DNA of 64,000 nucleotides from an uncultured virus (IMG/VR IMGVR_UViG_3300001335_000606) (Duplodnaviria; Heunggongvirae; Uroviricota; Caudoviricetes): IMG/VR virus record IMGVR_UViG_3300001335_000606; one strand, 5' to 3'. Shown piece by piece: positions 62,058 to 64,000 of this stretch (position 1 is its first letter; each line of letters starts with the position of its first letter). The notes under the pieces were generated by a model. It saw only the letters and a program-made list of their open reading frames with translations, ran no database searches and was not told where the DNA came from. The position numbers and the translations under genes were made by a program.

Positions 62058-63080
62058 TTAATTTTGAAATCTCTAATTAATAATCTAATAATCAATGGCT
62101 TGAACTCCATATTTACGACGTACACCCATTTTCTTTATTCCATTTTTCTTTCTTAAAAAGATCTTTCTATATTTGCTAAACTAACAAAAACAATTCTGAA
62201 TATTCGACAATGAAAGATTTCTATAAGAAGCAGGTAAGTCGTACATTAACTATTCAAACCCTGTATGCTAATACTCACGCAACCATTTGTCTAAATTGTC
62301 TTTTACATAATAAACAAATTTGTATCTTTTCTTTCTTGGTATATTGGGGCAAAGATAATCTACACCTGCTAATGCTCCATTACCTAAATATACAAGTTCA
62401 TTCTAAGTTATTGCTGTCTAAGGACAATAAGTAATATCAACATAAATTTGATAGGCTAAAAAGTTTCCAATACCTTGCTGATTAGAAATTGCTTTAAACA
62501 CCTGTTCAGCATTATTGCTTTCTAATCCTTCCTTGAATGTCTAAAATTCTCTTGAATGATAAAATTTCCACATTCTGTAAAAGGGCATAAATACAATAGG
62601 GGTATCTTTATCATCACCTACATGCTTTCCCAAAACTCCACTATTCATATATGCCCCTCTATGCAATTTAGCATTCTACTAAATAAATGGAGAATAATAG
62701 TCCATTATTTCTTTAAAATCTTTCTTAAGAAGGGATTCTTTTATTGGAAATTTAAACCTTAAGAAGGTCGCAGGTTGATTAAATATTCTGAACCAAAAAC
62801 AATTACAAGCTTTTTCATATATGTTTAACTAGTCATTATAACAAATATGTTTCAATACAAATTTTGTGACCCTATCATGCAATCTTCTTACATTTGTAAA
62901 TGAATATGTTTGTAATATGGGATCATTCGTCCAAGGCGGGTCTAATTTTTTTATATCTTTCTTCAAATGTATTTTATATCGTTCGACAATCCAATATAAA
63001 AACATTTTCAATGCCTACTAATCGAGATTCTACTAAATTAAAGATAATATGTCTGCATATTTTTCCGTCACATTAATCAA
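62058..63080 (-). CDS. 5-hmdU DNA kinase / aGPT-Pplase1 family (DNA hypermodification), TAG-recoded
   Basis: WIVERYKIH, PPWTNDPIL..Y.FTNVRR..DR, FRIFN, GIGNFLAYQI.VD, NIQNCFC*FSKY; TTG start approximate. Confidence 0.85.
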
Positions 63081-63484
63081 TCCAAATCTCTCATTCTTCT
63101 ATAACAGTTTAATATCAATTGTTTTAATCTCCCTTGGGACTAGCTTTTAGATTTTAGATGTTTAAGTTTCTTGATCTTCTACGGTGTAAACTAAAAGGTA
63201 ATTTGTGTAATATTCAATTCTACTTGTTTAATATCAAATATACCATAGTTCTACAACATATCAAGTAAAAGAAATGTGTCTTCTTCTCTAGTCCCAAAGG
63301 AAAAACTTATATAAGTGGTCTTAACTTTTGCACCGAAATTTGATAGTTTATATACCATCTAATCATGCTATAAATTGTACCCTCCAAGTTTGTTTAAAAA
63401 CTAATTTAAAAAAAAGTTAAAGAATTTTTGTTTGTAATTTGTCGATATACGCTAATATGCACTTTGCAAGGTGTAACCTCTTTA

Positions 63485-63718
63485 TTAATCGTTTAAAATC
63501 ATTTTTTGATATGGCTTGCTTTTAATATTCTCATTAATAAATGTCCCCTTTGATGGAGCACTAATTAGATCCTTCCATTCTTTTTCTGTAACATTGTCGT
63601 AACGATACTGATTTCCACCTTTGTATTCAACAATAAGCTCTTGCTTTTCTGTGGAATACCAAAGTGTTTGAATGTGAGATGATTCAAATGAATCAAATTT
63701 TTCAAATGTTGTTTCCAT
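63485..63718 (-). CDS. KTSC domain protein
   Basis: SSHI....Y......L.VEY..G..YRY..V.......L..APSKG.F.N..IK. Confidence 0.85.
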   Translation of the reverse strand: METTFEKFDSFESSHIQTLWYSTEKQELIVEYKGGNQYRYDNVTEKEWKDLISAPSKGTFINENIKSKPYQKMILND

Positions 63719-63889
63719 GATTATTTCTCCTGTATTTTTGATACTACTTAAATTATAACTTACTTTGAAAAAATGTTGTATTTTTTATTTGAACATTTTT
63801 TTTAAATATTTTTTTCAATTCATCTATAATTACAATTAGTGGTGCCAAAATGGGCTACAAAAAATAATTGCTCTAGGAGGATTATTATT

Positions 63890-64000
63890 ATGAGTAAAAA
63901 AGATGAAAAAAAGATGGTAACCAGACCCTTTAATGGAACTATGGTTCGAAAACACTTCTAGTCACCATTCAATTCCTTATTCAATGAACTATTTTCTTAG
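63890..64000 (+). CDS. Start of a divergent plus-strand gene, also containing in-frame TAG (partial)
   Basis: AGGAGG RBS; MSKKDEKKMVTRPFNGTMVRKHF*SPFNSLFNELFS*. Confidence 0.55.

Noticed and set aside
24057..62183. TAG=Gln (as in crAss-like and Lak phages) or pyrrolysine
   Set aside because: TAG occupies catalytic or invariant Glu sites and aligns to E in an internal paralogue; the suppressor has Glu-like rather than Gln-like features; no pyl genes are seen and TAG density is too high for Pyl.
1227..62762. Plus-strand ORFs in the supplied track
   Set aside because: They are antisense shadows of minus-strand genes or tRNAs, without RBS or recognisable motifs.
926..63080. TAG-interrupted genes as pseudogenes or G->T sequencing artefacts
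   Set aside because: The interruptions I read are exclusively TAG, with no GAA->TAA stops or frameshifts; motifs are intact; TAG also occurs in a plus-strand gene (63890+); and a cognate CUA tRNA is present.
1..64000. CRISPR array, rRNA, IS element or integrase
   Set aside because: No regularly spaced repeats, rRNA signatures or transposase/integrase motifs were seen; the recurring motif is a dispersed promoter.

Overview
AT-rich segment of a large ('jumbo/huge') bacteriophage genome, almost entirely encoded on the minus strand. It holds many small ORFans, about 37 tRNA or tRNA-like genes, a tmRNA, peptide deformylase, an Rnl2-type RNA ligase, a DUF2828/TROVE-like vWA protein, a glutamyl-tRNA synthetase, DNA-modification enzymes, two ADP-ribosyltransferases and tRNA-associated endonucleases. 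Main result: many genes that look fragmented in the standard-code ORF track are continuous frames broken only by in-frame TAG. These TAGs fall repeatedly on conserved or catalytic GLUTAMATE positions (HExxH, ADPRT ExE, Vsr ExDG, CEFSKY, and an internal paralogue pair IADEIDPP vs IAD*IDPP). A tRNA with a CUA anticodon and a tRNA-Glu-like body lies about 1.1 kb from the phage GluRS. The window therefore appears to show a phage-encoded UAG->Glu recoding system, unlike the UAG->Gln code I know from recoded phages. Translation-machinery genes are TAG-free, suggesting a staged code switch. Several candidate structured ncRNAs and a repeated ACAGCA stem motif tied to the TROVE-like gene are also present. 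All family assignments come from manual translation and remembered motifs; no database searches were run.
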